Source of the DNA: Sporopachydermia quercuum | Lineage: Eukaryota | Direction of reading: 5' to 3' | Length of the DNA: 64,000 nt | Assembly (NCBI GenBank): GCA_001599295.1 | Contig: BCGN01000005.1 | Location: 930,001-994,000 of the forward strand | Translations under genes and position numbers: made by a program | Part shown: piece by piece, positions 35,644 to 47,832 of the stretch | Position numbering within the stretch: position 1 is the stretch's first letter | Layout of the letters: every line of letters begins with the position of its first letter | Notes under the pieces: generated by a model | What the model was told of the DNA's origin: nothing | Seen by the model: the letters and a program-made list of their open reading frames with translations, nothing else | Database searches by the model: none

Positions 35644-36163
35644 ATGTCGTTCTTTGGATCAGGATCTGTCACAACTTCCTCTGTTGCATCTACACAGATC
35701 AAGAATGAAATACGCTCCCAAGTAGAACAGGAAATTGCTTCAAGCAATACTGCTGAATTGATTAGCGTAAGTTCTTGAAATTCATGTTTATAACTTATAT
35801 GTATAGGATCAAGTGCTAACTTTTCACGTTGCTAGAAACTCAACGAAAATTGTTTCAAACTTTGCATAACCAACCCGTCATCATCTTTATCTAAGAACGA
35901 AGAGGTATGTATTATGAGAAGTACTGACTATTGATGTCATTTTCTCTAGATATTTCTAGTTAAGGACTTTTTTTTGACTGAATACACAGTAATGTTCGCT
36001 TTCCATTCCTGGTGCCCCTGTGATTTACATCATTGTACTAACATATTCCATACAGCAATGTGTCAGTAATTGCACCAAGAAGTATCTGAATGCTTGGAAT
36101 ACTGTGGGCAACTCGTATATACAAAGGGTTCAAAAAGCTTCAGCTAACGGAGAAATTTCCTAA
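35644..36163 (+). CDS. TIM13: Small TIM intermembrane-space chaperone, 3 exons, 99 aa
   Basis: Exons 35644-35766, 35836-35904 and 36056-36163. Twin CX3C (CFKLC, CVSNC), C-terminus YIQRVQKASANGEIS. Introns GTAAGT..TGCTAAC..TAG and GTATGT..TACTAAC..CAG. Confidence 0.95.
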
Positions 36164-36452
36164 TAGAATAGTTGGACTTTCTTGTACATAGTGGATAATC
36201 CAATAATAGCCGTTATTCGTTTCCAACTTACTCATTTCAATCTCAAGAAGAGTCAAGCAGATGACATTGACACACTACAGGGACATAATAACAGAATTGC
36301 CAAACAATATAAAATATCAAAATTACCTAAATTCACTTAAGCGCATAACAGTTTTTATTCAATTATATACTATCAAAAATAAAGATGCCTCCACTGACTT
36401 CACAACCAAGAATCTATCCAAATAAAGCATATCACATAAACTTTTCACTTGC

Positions 36453-38684
36453 TTACTTGCTTGCATCCAAATATCGGAAAATAAAGCTTGCAAACAAGCT
36501 CGCAGCTAATACAAAACAGATAGCCGTGGGCCCAATTCTGTCGTCGTATTTAGCTGCCCTCTTCTTTCTAATCATTATAACTCTCCAGATATATAGCACT
36601 AAAGAATAAGCAATTGTCAACAAACTAGTGAGGAAAAAACCTATAGCAGTGAGCATTGTAGCAGTATCACCATAATTCAATAAGGCAATAGAAGCACCAG
36701 ATAACATTACAGCAATGGATAACCATGTCAAAAAAGTTCTTTCAGTAGCGAAGTAAACCTTTGGTTCCACTCTTACAGGAACAAATATCTTCTTTCCCTT
36801 AGGTGCTCTGTATCTTGATTCAAATACGGTTCCAGGTTGAACGTTGAACACTCGATCATCATGCAATTTGTTAGCTAACCAAGTGCCTGCTTGATCAATT
36901 TTATCGTAAAGAGAGTTGAAAATAACATGAATTTTCAACGCCAAATTCTTCTTGGTGGCCGAACTGCTAGATTCCAAATATGTGCCATCAATTTCCAAAG
37001 GTTCGGCTTCATCCTGATTATCGTCACCTAAAGATCCGTCTTCAATCAATGGGGCTTCATTGGAAAATCTAACGATCTTATTATTCTCAGTGGAACCATA
37101 ATTATTACTACCACCAGCTTCGCCAGCGATTTCTTCATCATCCAATGAATTTCCTGTTGCGTCTTCAATTCGTCCTTGTGTTTCATGAGTATGAGCTCTC
37201 TCAATTCCATAATTTTTATTTGGTGGTTTACGAATGTCGACATCCATTTGAGGTAGCCAGAAAGGAATCAAATCAACCATATCAGGCATCAAACTAGCAA
37301 CACCATGAATAAACTTGGAAAATTTAGGAACTGCTTCAACCAAATGTGATGAAACTAAATCACGAACCCATTGAGGAGGCTCTTGACCAAATTGAGTTTG
37401 GAGTTTAACCTCTAAAACAGCATAAGGGAACCGACAAACGTCTTTTTCAGGCAACTGACTAAAAGGCCAATCAACACCAATATCCATACGACGCCAGTTA
37501 CCACCAGTTCTGTCAACGCCATCAAAATTGTCTTCACGAACCATAGTAAGTTCAGTGTCTAAAGAGATACGAACTCTGGCATCACCAGGTAATTGAAATG
37601 CTGTACGATTATAGAATGATCTGACGCATGGTCTAAGTTTTCGTGTGATAGTTGAATATTGAACTTCTCTTGCTAAGGCTTCCAAAGACTCGATCTCTTG
37701 AATTGATTTCTTACCATCTTTTCTCATTTTTTCAAAAGCCTGAGGGACAGTGTACTCACCATCTAAAAATGAGTTTACGTACTTCTCTTTGAGAGGAAAT
37801 CTTGCCTTAACGGACTTTTCACCAGTCCAATCTTCACGATGAGTTTTTCTTTCAACGAATATAAGATCTGTGCTCATTCCACCGTACCATCTTAATCTAA
37901 TGGCTTCTGCACCTTCATCTTTTTGCAATCTTCCTTTATATAGATCAAGGTTCTTGTTATCATAATAAATAGATGTAATAGCTGAGTCTTCGGGCTCAAA
38001 CTCCTTGTTGGTATTGAAGACAAGTACTGGTAAATGCTTCAAAATAATCAATTTCAATTCAGTAATATTGTCCGGATGAACCCAGTATTTGGTAGTTTGT
38101 CTAACAAAATTCTGTTGAGATCCACCTGCAGAAGAATCACCCTTAATAGGATTACCTCTGGTTCTAACTAAGTCGTATAACTTGGAAAGCTTCACAACAA
38201 TACCATCGTAATTATCCTTGAAAAATGGTTTAGCGTTTAATCTGGCGGAAAATATAGGTTTCAAAATCCATCCAGTTTGTTTATCGTGCTTCTTGATAAT
38301 CTTTTGAAAGCCGGTATAATTAAGTCTCGTGTACTTGGCCAAATCATGAACATTAGCAATGATATCTGATAACTCTTCTTCCAAAAGTTCAAAATCAGCT
38401 TCATCGACTTCTCGGTTGGAGTTGACCATATTAATAACAGTGTCAACTTCTTTTTCGGCTTCCTTGATACGTCTAGTGATCTCTCCTGATTTGACCTTTT
38501 GGAAAGTGTAGACCTTATCCAATTCGGCTTCTAATGAAGCTACGAATTTTTGTTCAAGTTCATCAGACCACTTGGGATTAGTCAAAAGACCTGCTTTCAA
38601 TTCTTGCTTCAAGTCGTCATATGAAATATAATAATAGTAGTAATCACTAATAAGTGATGTTTTCAATTGTTGGCCGAACTTCAT
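36453..38684 (-). CDS. VTC4: Vacuolar polyphosphate polymerase
   Basis: SPX domain (MKFG...[15 protein letters not shown]), VTC domain ([22 protein letters not shown]), C-terminal [13 protein letters not shown] plus 3 TM. Confidence 0.97.
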   Translation of the reverse strand: MKFGQQLKTSLISDYYYYYISYDDLKQELKAGLLTNPKWSDELEQKFVASLEAELDKVYTFQKVKSGEITRRIKEAEKEVDTVINMVNSNREVDEADFELLEEELSDIIANVHDLAKYTRLNYTGFQKIIKKHDKQTGWILKPIFSARLNAKPFFKDNYDGIVVKLSKLYDLVRTRGNPIKGDSSAGGSQQNFVRQTTKYWVHPDNITELKLIILKHLPVLVFNTNKEFEPEDSAITSIYYDNKNLDLYKGRLQKDEGAEAIRLRWYGGMSTDLIFVERKTHREDWTGEKSVKARFPLKEKYVNSFLDGEYTVPQAFEKMRKDGKKSIQEIESLEALAREVQYSTITRKLRPCVRSFYNRTAFQLPGDARVRISLDTELTMVREDNFDGVDRTGGNWRRMDIGVDWPFSQLPEKDVCRFPYAVLEVKLQTQFGQEPPQWVRDLVSSHLVEAVPKFSKFIHGVASLMPDMVDLIPFWLPQMDVDIRKPPNKNYGIERAHTHETQGRIEDATGNSLDDEEIAGEAGGSNNYGSTENNKIVRFSNEAPLIEDGSLGDDNQDEAEPLEIDGTYLESSSSATKKNLALKIHVIFNSLYDKIDQAGTWLANKLHDDRVFNVQPGTVFESRYRAPKGKKIFVPVRVEPKVYFATERTFLTWLSIAVMLSGASIALLNYGDTATMLTAIGFFLTSLLTIAYSLVLYIWRVIMIRKKRAAKYDDRIGPTAICFVLAASLFASFIFRYLDASK

Positions 38685-39132
38685 TTTATCAGTACTCTTC
38701 TTCAGTATTGTTAGCTTCTAAGCTCAAAGGACAGGACAGTGAATAGTTCAGTTAGTGTTGAACAAGACTGCAACACCTTTCAGATGGCTTATCAATTGTC
38801 AAGAGCAATTCACAAATGACCACTTGAAGTAAACCAAAACACTTCTTCAATATACTACAATTCTTAAACAATTGTTAGTTATAATGAAAAGAAAAGTGAA
38901 GGATTGCAACAACGATTTTTTTATTAAGTTATGAGGCATCCTTTTGGCAGATGAACATAAGAAGCTTCATCCTGCACGCCTGTGTATGGATATGCACAAT
39001 TTTAATTAAAACCAGTGATGGCCCACGAGGAGGGTTAACTTTATACGCTTTTACTATGTAAAAAGTTTTGTGAAAAATATAAGGTTTGCTTGCCTTGCAG
39101 CCATATTGCCAAAATGGAATTAAGTTGAGGAT

Positions 39133-39370
39133 AACGTGGAAAAAGATCAACTTTAGTTCGAACATGCATTCGATGAAACATTGAGATAATCAAGTGAGCT
39201 TTGGTTCAATTAATTAGTGTCAATAACAAAATCTACATTTATAAATAATTAAAAGCTAAAGATTGGAAACAAATATTTTAATTTTGATTTTTGATAGGGA
39301 CTTTAGCTTATAATCCTAAATCATTGTACTGATCCTCTGAAACATGAATCTAAGGATCGTTAACCACGTG
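39133..39370. promoter_or_regulatory. Pho4-type E-boxes upstream of VTC4 (CACGTT on - at 39133-39138; CACGTG at 39365-39370)
   Basis: Consensus matches; VTC4 is a PHO-regulon gene in S. cerevisiae. Confidence 0.4.
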
Positions 39371-39744
39371 CATTCGATACTATGCAAGATAACTTAAAGT
39401 TTCAATCTTATTTTATATTACTCCGGAAGATCTATCTAATGCTCCGGAGGTAGAAGTAGCATCAAGTCTCACTTCGTGTGCTGGTACCTATAAATTTTTT
39501 TATGTTTGAGTGTGCGGAATTATGATACAAGAATAAAAAGACTGTTAAAAGCTTGGGCAAATAATATGAATAGCTTCAGTTTGATAGACTTTTTGAAACA
39601 TAGACATGCGTTGAGTATTCGACAATTGATTCAAAAGTGCGATTGTCAAAATTAGTGGGTGCTTTGTAAAAATCCACGGAGATTGAGTAGGAGGGTTTTG
39701 AGCTATAGAAGTTATAATAGATCAATAGTATTCTTGTGTTTATT

Positions 39745-40308
39745 ATGAAGATTGAGAAAGCTCGGGACCAACTGTTGTCTAACTACGAGGTGTACCAATA
39801 TCTGACCGAATTATCAACCAAGAAAGATGAGATAAGGATTTCAGGAAAACAGGCCAGTCTGAGAACAGTTCGGGATGCAAATCTGAACGTTGTAATGGCC
39901 GATGTAAGTAATCTAATGTGGTATTAAGTTGGTTAATCACAAAATGAACAAGAAAGAGATTGATACTAACATGCCCGTTAATAACAGGTGATATCTTATT
40001 TGAAGAAAGTCCCCGCTGTGAATCAAACTGAGGAAAAAGTGACTGAGTTTATGAAAAGCATATCCAAGTTTCCCTTGGAGAAACACGAAAAACTACAGAT
40101 ACTAAACAATGCTCCCCATTCAGTAGTTCACTTGTATAGTCTGGTTGAGGAGTGTGATAGTAGGTTTAATGAGGACGAAGTCAGCGAAATACTAGAAATT
40201 GTGCATGTCACTCTGATAGGTGATCCGGAAGAAGACACAGAAGAACAGGAAAGTAAAGAAGAGGAAAAAGAAGATGTAGAAATGAATGTTGATGGACGGG
40301 AGGAATAA
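39745..40308 (+). CDS. RPC17: RNA polymerase III subunit C17, 2 exons, 159 aa
   Basis: Exons 39745-39903 and 39988-40308; intron GTAAGT..TACTAAC..CAG. Motifs LLSNYEVY, LEKHEKLQILN, LYSLVEECDSRF. Confidence 0.92.
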
Positions 40309-40474
40309 TTCAATAATTCTATTAGGTTTTGGCATTCAAATGTTATTGAAGAATGACAAGAATATAAAGAAGGGAAATTGTATATTAGACTTAGGTATCT
40401 ACTTTTGAATAAACCCAGGAAAGTATTATCGATTTGTATTAGATTTATGTTTCATTACTTACATAAGACAATCA

Positions 40475-42274
40475 CTAATTTGCACCAGCTCTTCTAACAC
40501 CACTTACGATGTCATCTACTCTTAATAAAAGACACGCTGATTCAATTGCAGTTTTGATACTTTGTAGTTTTATGACTTCTGGTTCCCAAATTCCGTACTC
40601 TTTCATATCAACAACTTTTCCAGCTTCACCATCAATACCGTATGTGAAATTGCCTTGAGCATGCTTAGCTCTTAATTGTGATAAAACTCTGATTGGGTTT
40701 CCACCACAGTTTTGAATCAAAGTTCTGGGGATTACTTCCATGGCATCAGCGACAGCTTTATAAGGCCACTGGGCTACTCCACTAATAGATTTAGCCTTTT
40801 CTGCAAGTCTGACGGAAACAGCCATTTCTGTAGCACCACCACCAGGAGACAAACGTGGTTCAAACATCACATTACGAGCAACAGCCATAGCATCTTGTAA
40901 GTTTCTATCAATCTCATTCAGAATATCTTTCGATGGTCCCCTAAGCAATACAGTACAAGCTTGAGGCTTTTCACACTCAGTTAAAAATGTATAGTACTCA
41001 TCACCAATTAGTTCCACTTTAAATAAACCACATCTTGTTCCGACGTCATTTTCAGTTAAATCTTCTACTCTATTAACAATGGTTGCACCAGTAGCTCTAG
41101 CAATTCTATTATTGTCAGTCTTCTTGACTCTTCTTAATGCAGTTACATTGCCCTTCAATAAATAATGTTGAGCTAAGTCGGAAACACCTTTTTCAGTGAT
41201 AACTAAATCAGGCTTAACAGATAGAATTGCTTCGCATATAGCTTTAACTTGTTCTTCTTCTATCTCTAAAATCCTATTCCACTCTTCTTCTTTTGTAATT
41301 TCAATGTTTGTCTGTGACTCACCTTTCTTATATTCTAGAGGACAATCTAACAAGACAATTCTTGGATTTTTGATTTCCCGTCTCATTCTTGGATGTGTGA
41401 CGTCTTTATTCAAAAACACACCATCTAACACCTTAGAATCTTCAATATCTCCACCGGGAATCTTCTCGACTCTGGCGTATCTTTTGATGTCAATTTCCTT
41501 GTGTCCATCTTCGTCTATCATCACAGTCTTTACAGCCTTATAAGCCAATTGACACATCAACTTACTCCATTTAGCAACATATTTGGTACCAATTGATGCA
41601 CCGATCAATTGCATCATTGCATCTTCATTTTCCACATCAATTGGACGTGAGACTTCATTGATAATTTCTAATGCATCAGACAAGGCTTGACGTAAAGCTT
41701 GAATGATTATGACAGGGTGAATGTTTCTTTCAACATACGGATATGTTTGAGCAAGAATTTCTCCCGCTAAAATAATAACAGTAGTTGTTCCGTCACCAAC
41801 CTCCTCATCCTGTGTCCTACTTAGTTCAATCATACTCTTAGCGGCCGGATGGGTTACTTCAATTTCACGTAAAATAGCATGTCCATCATTTGTCAACACA
41901 ATGCCTCCCATTGGGTCTAGCAACATTTTCAACATAGCTTTGGGCCCCAAACATGTTCGAACAATATCTGCCACTCTATACCAAAGGTTAGAATAACACT
42001 TCAATCATTTAATATAAACATCATTTGATTCCAATCACTTCATTTAATCATTCAGCAAATATTTCCAACTTACGCTTTAGCAGCTGTGATGTTAGATACT
42101 TGGGCTTGACGCCCTTGCTGCCTCTCGGTAGAGGTGTCTAAAAAGTCAATAGTTAGTGTCGTGAAACTGTAATTTCAACATAAAACATCATTGCAAACAG
42201 TTTATTTATGCTATAGATCCAAACTACAGCAATTGATCCAAATACGTACTCATAAAAATAACGGGTGCTTGCAT
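40475..42274 (-). CDS. CCT3: Chaperonin CCT/TRiC gamma subunit, 3 exons, 529 aa
   Basis: Exons 42274-42250, 42137-42074 and 41975-40475 give MQAPVIFMNTSTERQQGRQAQVSNITAAKAVADIVRTCLGPK...; GDGTTT motif. Confidence 0.96.
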
Positions 42275-42567
42275 TGTGTTGCCACTTATACCTGATCTCT
42301 AACAAACGTCTTGTCTAGGCAGATTTCGTATAATAATCCAATCATGTAAACGTCACAGCAANGATCGATTACAATATTTTACAACCAAATACAATTTAAC
42401 CAGAGAAAAAAATGTCTATAATTGTTGATGAAACGTTTTTACCAACTTTTTCTAACCAATTCAGTCATATCCATCGATCAATAAATTCATTCAATACAGC
42501 TACTTCGCACCTCAAACACGTAATTTATTTTTCACTTTTGAATTCTGGCGACGAAATGAGCAAGAAG

Positions 42568-42575
42568 TTACCCGG
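42568..42575. promoter_or_regulatory. Reb1-type site TTACCCGG upstream of CCT3
   Basis: Exact consensus ~300 nt upstream of the ATG. Confidence 0.35.
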
Positions 42576-43203
42576 TTGAGAAAGGGTTACAATGAGATGA
42601 TACATGAAGTAAACCAAGTTTGATATTCACATGATAATAGTAAAACTAGTTGAATGGAACAAAAGGAAGCTGACCTGGGAGAAGATCTATCAGATCTTTA
42701 CTAGAAACTGTTATTTAATTGATAGAAAAGAAGCTCAAGGGTGTATCTTATATTGGAAAGTATAAGCTTGGAAGAAGAGAACAATCTAATATGCTGATAG
42801 TTTGGTCTGAGGTGTATACGTCGGTGTGAATAGATTCGCTATAGGGACATAATCCTGATCTCATTGACTTGGCTATGGAACAAGCTCATAGGGGTATAAT
42901 GAATAGATAAGAAAACAAGTATGAAACATCTATAGCTACACGAATTCTAAGGAGAAGAATCAAGTAAATAGTCATAAATCATTCAGTATGCATCAAGTAA
43001 CAGGAACATCAGTTCCATAGTCTATAATGAGGGGAAATAAACCGAAAAGAATAAGATCATCCAAAAATGTTTAAGAAAGGAAGAAACTAGAATTGAGATG
43101 ATAAAAAAAGAACGGCAATTATGAGAATTAAGGAATGTAATTGAATATGAAAATAATCGAAGGAAGATAAGAATAAAACTATGAACAGGGAGATACTAGA
43201 TTA

Positions 43204-46200
43204 TCATTTCTTTCCATACAATACAAAAGGGTTCAATGCACGAACTGTCAAACAAGGTAATGCCATTCCAATCTCTGCTTTCAATAAAATAGGCACTTGT
43301 TTCAGTTCATGAATTTCCTGAACGTATAATCCATTTGCTTCATCAACTCTGGTCATGAGATTAGCTAGGAAAGGTTCTAACGGATTCTTTGGAGTTTCAC
43401 TATTTAGCGATTGATTAGCCAATTGGTCAGAAATATCATCAATATCTCGTACTTTCTTTGAAAGCTTGAAGTAGCTTTGACTACCGGCAAAAAAGTTTTC
43501 AATCTGAAACTTCTTGACAATTTCAGGGTCAATACCACAGTAATCTGTTTGACCGTTTGTTTCACCTTGAACAGCGGCTGANACAGTTGAAGGAGCTCTA
43601 TAATTGTTCTTAATGCTTGATCTATAAGACAGAGGCTCACGCTCATCATCAGGAACATATAAAGCTGAATCGACACCCTTTTGCCAATATAGCTCTAACA
43701 CTCNAGAAGATTTATCGAATTCAGCTCGTTCTAATGGCAGTTGGTCACCATGAACTCTTTTCTCCAACCCAAAGTCAGGAATNAAAACATCAAATGAAGA
43801 TTCATAAACTTGCAAAACTGTGCCCATAACTATCAACTGTCCTGTTGATGACGACATTTGGTTGATAATTTGACACATTAATAAATGTATAGACTGGTCT
43901 TGAGCATTCTTTGCTGAATCTTTTTTGCATGTGCAATACTCTGCAGTCATCCTTAACGTATCCAGATCATCATCAGAGACCCTAGCAATATTTCCTTTCA
44001 AGACGTCTTTAAGTTGTCTGTGAACTATCCAGTCAGCATACCTTCGCAATGGGCTTGTAAAATGAGTGTATAAAGGCAACGCAAATGCATAGTGGGCCAA
44101 ATAATCTTCTGTTTCGCCTACAGGAAAACTTGTCATCTTTTTTAGACTACCAGGGACGAAGTATTTTCCCCGAGTCATACACTTGAGCAATAATGTCTGT
44201 AGACATCTGCGAATATTCAAATCTTCAATAGCGTATAATCCTTGCTGAATTGTAGAACTTGTTGAACAGTCAATTTCGTAAGGCAAATCAGACAATAAGT
44301 TGCGTAGCTTTCTGGCAAATGATTCTAATTTAGTTAATGTTGGTATTCCCTGTCTTCTAAGTAATGCGCGNTTACCTAAAATAGCATAATTTCTTTGGGC
44401 AACAGTAGCGTTAGTTTTGATAAAAAGCTCTTCAATTAAAACGTCCACAGGGCGAGTTTCAAAGATATTTAATGTCACATTAACAGGTTCATCATCGACT
44501 TTATCAAGTAAGCCTAAGGAGGTCAAACCAACATCCGCACCGATTCTTTGCTTCTTAAAAGCAATGCTGATTTCTTTTAGAATATCCACAGTATTGCTCC
44601 ATGAAGCATCAACTTCGCTGCCATTTTCATCATTCTTTATTAAATATTGGTTTACCTCATCATAAGTGACACTGTTCACAGGTTGGACAATACTTTCACC
44701 AACCCACACATCTTCAACTTCCATCGTCGATCCGTCAATCTCAAATACCACACTAATAGTTAATGATGCCTTCCATTTCGCCAATGAACAGGTATTAGCT
44801 AACTCACTAGGTACTAATGAAATTGCTTTCTGAGCCAATAATACGGCCGAACCACGTTTACGGGCTTTCTTATCAAGAATTCCACCCGATTCAACAAAAA
44901 ATGTCACATCAGAGATGTGGACCCCAACTTCAACTTTACCATCAGGAAGTGATGTGACATGAATAGCATGATCATTTAACTCTTCCAGTTGCGAAAAGAC
45001 AATCACTTTCGAGTCTTCTTTCCTGAAATCTCTTCGCTTCTCGGATTCAAGTTCTTCATCAATAGCAGGCAAGGAACTTAATGCATTAGCAATTGGTTCA
45101 CCACTAGCTTTGGGTCTTTCTAAAACCATAGCAAACTCAGAAGCATCATCTGTTTTACCCAAGATATCCTGTATATCAGCAAACGTTTCAACTTCATCAG
45201 GGAATTCATCGCAAATGAAGTTATTATCTCGAAGTATAGCATTCATTTCGGTTCTCAACTTGCCTAGAGGTCCAATCTCTTCGACCAATGTACCAAAAGG
45301 ATGCAAGGAAGTGATAGGCCATCGCTTGATGGAGGCGATGAATATTCTATTAGCGTAAATTTCAGGATTATCAACGAAATCCTTTGGTGCTTGCTCCGTT
45401 GGTATAGCTATCAAAGGTACCTTCTTATCAGTTGGTTTAAACCAAACAATCTTTGGTTTAGTCTGGGGTTTATTACTATTATTATAATTGTTATTATTGC
45501 CCTCTTTGTTAGCGGCTGCTTGTGAAGGTCTCATCAATCCTAAAGTACCCGAAAACAACTGACCTGGAATCCTATCAATTACTGCTACTACATGCCCTGC
45601 ATATAAGGGTTTATACTCATCATTGATTTCTTCCTCCTCAGCCAACAATAAAGACTGACCTTCAACCTCAACATCATCGTTCTTTTTCTGAGTTGGTCTT
45701 TGTTTTAAGCTTCCTTTACGTTGTAAAGATGACTCTTGAGATGAAGCTCCTCCATGGGCAGAAGAAGAAGAAGAAGAATGAGTTAAAGAACTGCCACTTA
45801 CAGCCCCGGGGCCAGTGGAAATGGTACCAACACTTGCATCGTTTCTGATATCTTCATCAATTGGTTCTGCACCTGATTCAGCTTCTTTACGTCTTTTCTT
45901 TTCTTCCTTTTCTCTTTTGGAGCTCCAAACCTCATCTACTACCAACAATTCTACAGCCACCAGATCACCTTCTAAAGCTCTATTACGATCTTTGGAACCG
46001 CAGATAAAAATATCAGCATCTAGCAGTCCATCTGTAGAAACATAGGCATCTGATCTATTCTTTTTGTTGACCCTCAAAGTACCGGTTACTAATCTACCTT
46101 CAGCAATTAGCTGAGGCAAAGATGCTTGAGGCAGGTAAGGAGCAAACAGCGATTTTCTTTGATTGCCTCCAGCATATGATATAGATTGTGAAGAGTATGA

Positions 46201-47832
46201 ACCTCTTGTTCTATGCCCCGGAACAAATGAAGAGTTGCCCGATGTTTGATGATCGCCTGGCAAATACTGAGGATTTGGTTGTCTCCAATTTGTTGACAAA
46301 TCTGCCTGATTAGTTGAATTATTGCTGCGAGAAAACGATGACTTGTTCCTATTATGTCTTTGAAATGACCCTTGTCCTTGATGCGAACTATCTATTTTCT
46401 CTTGCTGNGGAGGAAACTGAAATCCCCTATTTGGCGAGGAGTTCGAATTCAACGATCTTGAGCGGTTATGAGGTCTTGAAAACCTACTAGGGGAAGACAA
46501 CAACTGCTGTTGAGGAGGTGGTGATGTGGATGAAGAACCATCAGAAGGTTTAGGAGGGAACTGAAATGAGGGTGGTTGCATGAATCCGTCATTTGACGTT
46601 TGAGATGGATCACTAATGTTTATTGTAACAGGAGCTTGGGAGGTAGAGTTCTTAATTGGTGAGGCGGATGATCTCTGAGATTGAACAATGGCCGCAGCCC
46701 TTTTAGCTTCATTGAGACCTAATGAGTGTCTTCTGGTATGACCCATCGCAGCAGTTGCAGTGGCACTGGATCCCGTGAGGTTATTTCTATTTCCTTTATT
46801 ACTATTGTTGTTATTGGTGTTATTATAATTATTATTGTTACTGATATTGCTATTGCTACTGTTGCTATTGTTGCTGCCAATCCCAACAGCAGAACCAGAT
46901 GATTCATATAAAATATTGCCACTTCCTAAGGATGATTGAGATCTTCTATGACTTCGTGTATTGAAGTTTTTAGTTGATGTGTTGCTATAGCCCGATGAAT
47001 TTGTATTGACATTGCTCAATGAAGTCGTATGAGGATTATAGCGATTAGGGGATGAAGTACTGGACCCGATCCCACTTTCTGAAGGTAAAACTGGNGCTTG
47101 CAAAGCAGAGAATTGACCAAATGCGCCAGTATTTGAACTTACGTAGTTGGAGNTTGAAGATGTAGATGAAGTAGAAAACGTATGCTGGTGAAGCTGAGGG
47201 GGAGGAGGTATTTTNAATGATGAAGATGAAGATGAAGTGTTTATGTTGTTATGCATATTCATACCCAAATTACTAGGAACATTTGAAGATGATCCAGTAG
47301 GATCATTACTATTCAAAGTTCCATAATTTGATTGGAAATTCAGGCCAGGAGGAGCCAATCCACTTGTACCAACAGAAGGAATATTGCCTGAACCTGAAAA
47401 AGCTGTAGATGAATATCCTTGTGATTGCGCTTGTTGTGGTTGTTGAAAATGCTGTAGATTCTGACTGGCCAAAATCTGTTGTTGTTGAGCCTGTACATAC
47501 TCCAATTGGCGTTGCAAATTGAACTGTTCAATCATGAGAGACGTTAATTCCGAGGGTGATTTTCTATGAGCAATATGTAGATTCTTTGGAGGCGCCCAAG
47601 CAGATGTTGACCCAGACCCGGACCCAGAGCCATCAGATGTGGTATTCATCTGGTTCGAAGGATCCATTGGATTGAAAGGTGGCGTCGAATCAGTGGGTAC
47701 ACTATCTTGTTGGTTTCCACGATTGCTATGGTTATTATTATTACTATTATTGTTGGCATTGCCAATATTGAAAGGTGATTGATAATTATTATATTGTGAC
47801 ATGATGACCTGTGATTTGTGTTTATCGTTCAT
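43204..47832 (-). CDS. SSD1: RNase II-family pseudonuclease / mRNA-binding protein Ssd1
   Basis: LHIAHRKSPSELT, N/Q/S-rich N-terminus with HxRxxS Cbk1 sites and FQFP docking motifs, RKSLFAPYLPQA, cold-shock domains, RNB domain HFTSPLRRYAD, CLTVRALNPF. Confidence 0.96.
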   Translation of the reverse strand: MNDKHKSQVIMSQYNNYQSPFNIGNANNNSNNNNHSNRGNQQDSVPTDSTPPFNPMDPSNQMNTTSDGSGSGSGSTSAWAPPKNLHIAHRKSPSELTSLMIEQFNLQRQLEYVQAQQQQILASQNLQHFQQPQQAQSQGYSSTAFSGSGNIPSVGTSGLAPPGLNFQSNYGTLNSNDPTGSSSNVPSNLGMNMHNNINTSSSSSSXKIPPPPQLHQHTFSTSSTSSXSNYVSSNTGAFGQFSALQXPVLPSESGIGSSTSSPNRYNPHTTSLSNVNTNSSGYSNTSTKNFNTRSHRRSQSSLGSGNILYESSGSAVGIGSNNSNSSNSNISNNNNYNNTNNNNSNKGNRNNLTGSSATATAAMGHTRRHSLGLNEAKRAAAIVQSQRSSASPIKNSTSQAPVTINISDPSQTSNDGFMQPPSFQFPPKPSDGSSSTSPPPQQQLLSSPSRFSRPHNRSRSLNSNSSPNRGFQFPXQQEKIDSSHQGQGSFQRHNRNKSSFSRSNNSTNQADLSTNWRQPNPQYLPGDHQTSGNSSFVPGHRTRGSYSSQSISYAGGNQRKSLFAPYLPQASLPQLIAEGRLVTGTLRVNKKNRSDAYVSTDGLLDADIFICGSKDRNRALEGDLVAVELLVVDEVWSSKREKEEKKRRKEAESGAEPIDEDIRNDASVGTISTGPGAVSGSSLTHSSSSSSAHGGASSQESSLQRKGSLKQRPTQKKNDDVEVEGQSLLLAEEEEINDEYKPLYAGHVVAVIDRIPGQLFSGTLGLMRPSQAAANKEGNNNNYNNSNKPQTKPKIVWFKPTDKKVPLIAIPTEQAPKDFVDNPEIYANRIFIASIKRWPITSLHPFGTLVEEIGPLGKLRTEMNAILRDNNFICDEFPDEVETFADIQDILGKTDDASEFAMVLERPKASGEPIANALSSLPAIDEELESEKRRDFRKEDSKVIVFSQLEELNDHAIHVTSLPDGKVEVGVHISDVTFFVESGGILDKKARKRGSAVLLAQKAISLVPSELANTCSLAKWKASLTISVVFEIDGSTMEVEDVWVGESIVQPVNSVTYDEVNQYLIKNDENGSEVDASWSNTVDILKEISIAFKKQRIGADVGLTSLGLLDKVDDEPVNVTLNIFETRPVDVLIEELFIKTNATVAQRNYAILGXRALLRRQGIPTLTKLESFARKLRNLLSDLPYEIDCSTSSTIQQGLYAIEDLNIRRCLQTLLLKCMTRGKYFVPGSLKKMTSFPVGETEDYLAHYAFALPLYTHFTSPLRRYADWIVHRQLKDVLKGNIARVSDDDLDTLRMTAEYCTCKKDSAKNAQDQSIHLLMCQIINQMSSSTGQLIVMGTVLQVYESSFDVXIPDFGLEKRVHGDQLPLERAEFDKSSXVLELYWQKGVDSALYVPDDEREPLSYRSSIKNNYRAPSTXSAAVQGETNGQTDYCGIDPEIVKKFQIENFFAGSQSYFKLSKKVRDIDDISDQLANQSLNSETPKNPLEPFLANLMTRVDEANGLYVQEIHELKQVPILLKAEIGMALPCLTVRALNPFVLYGKK

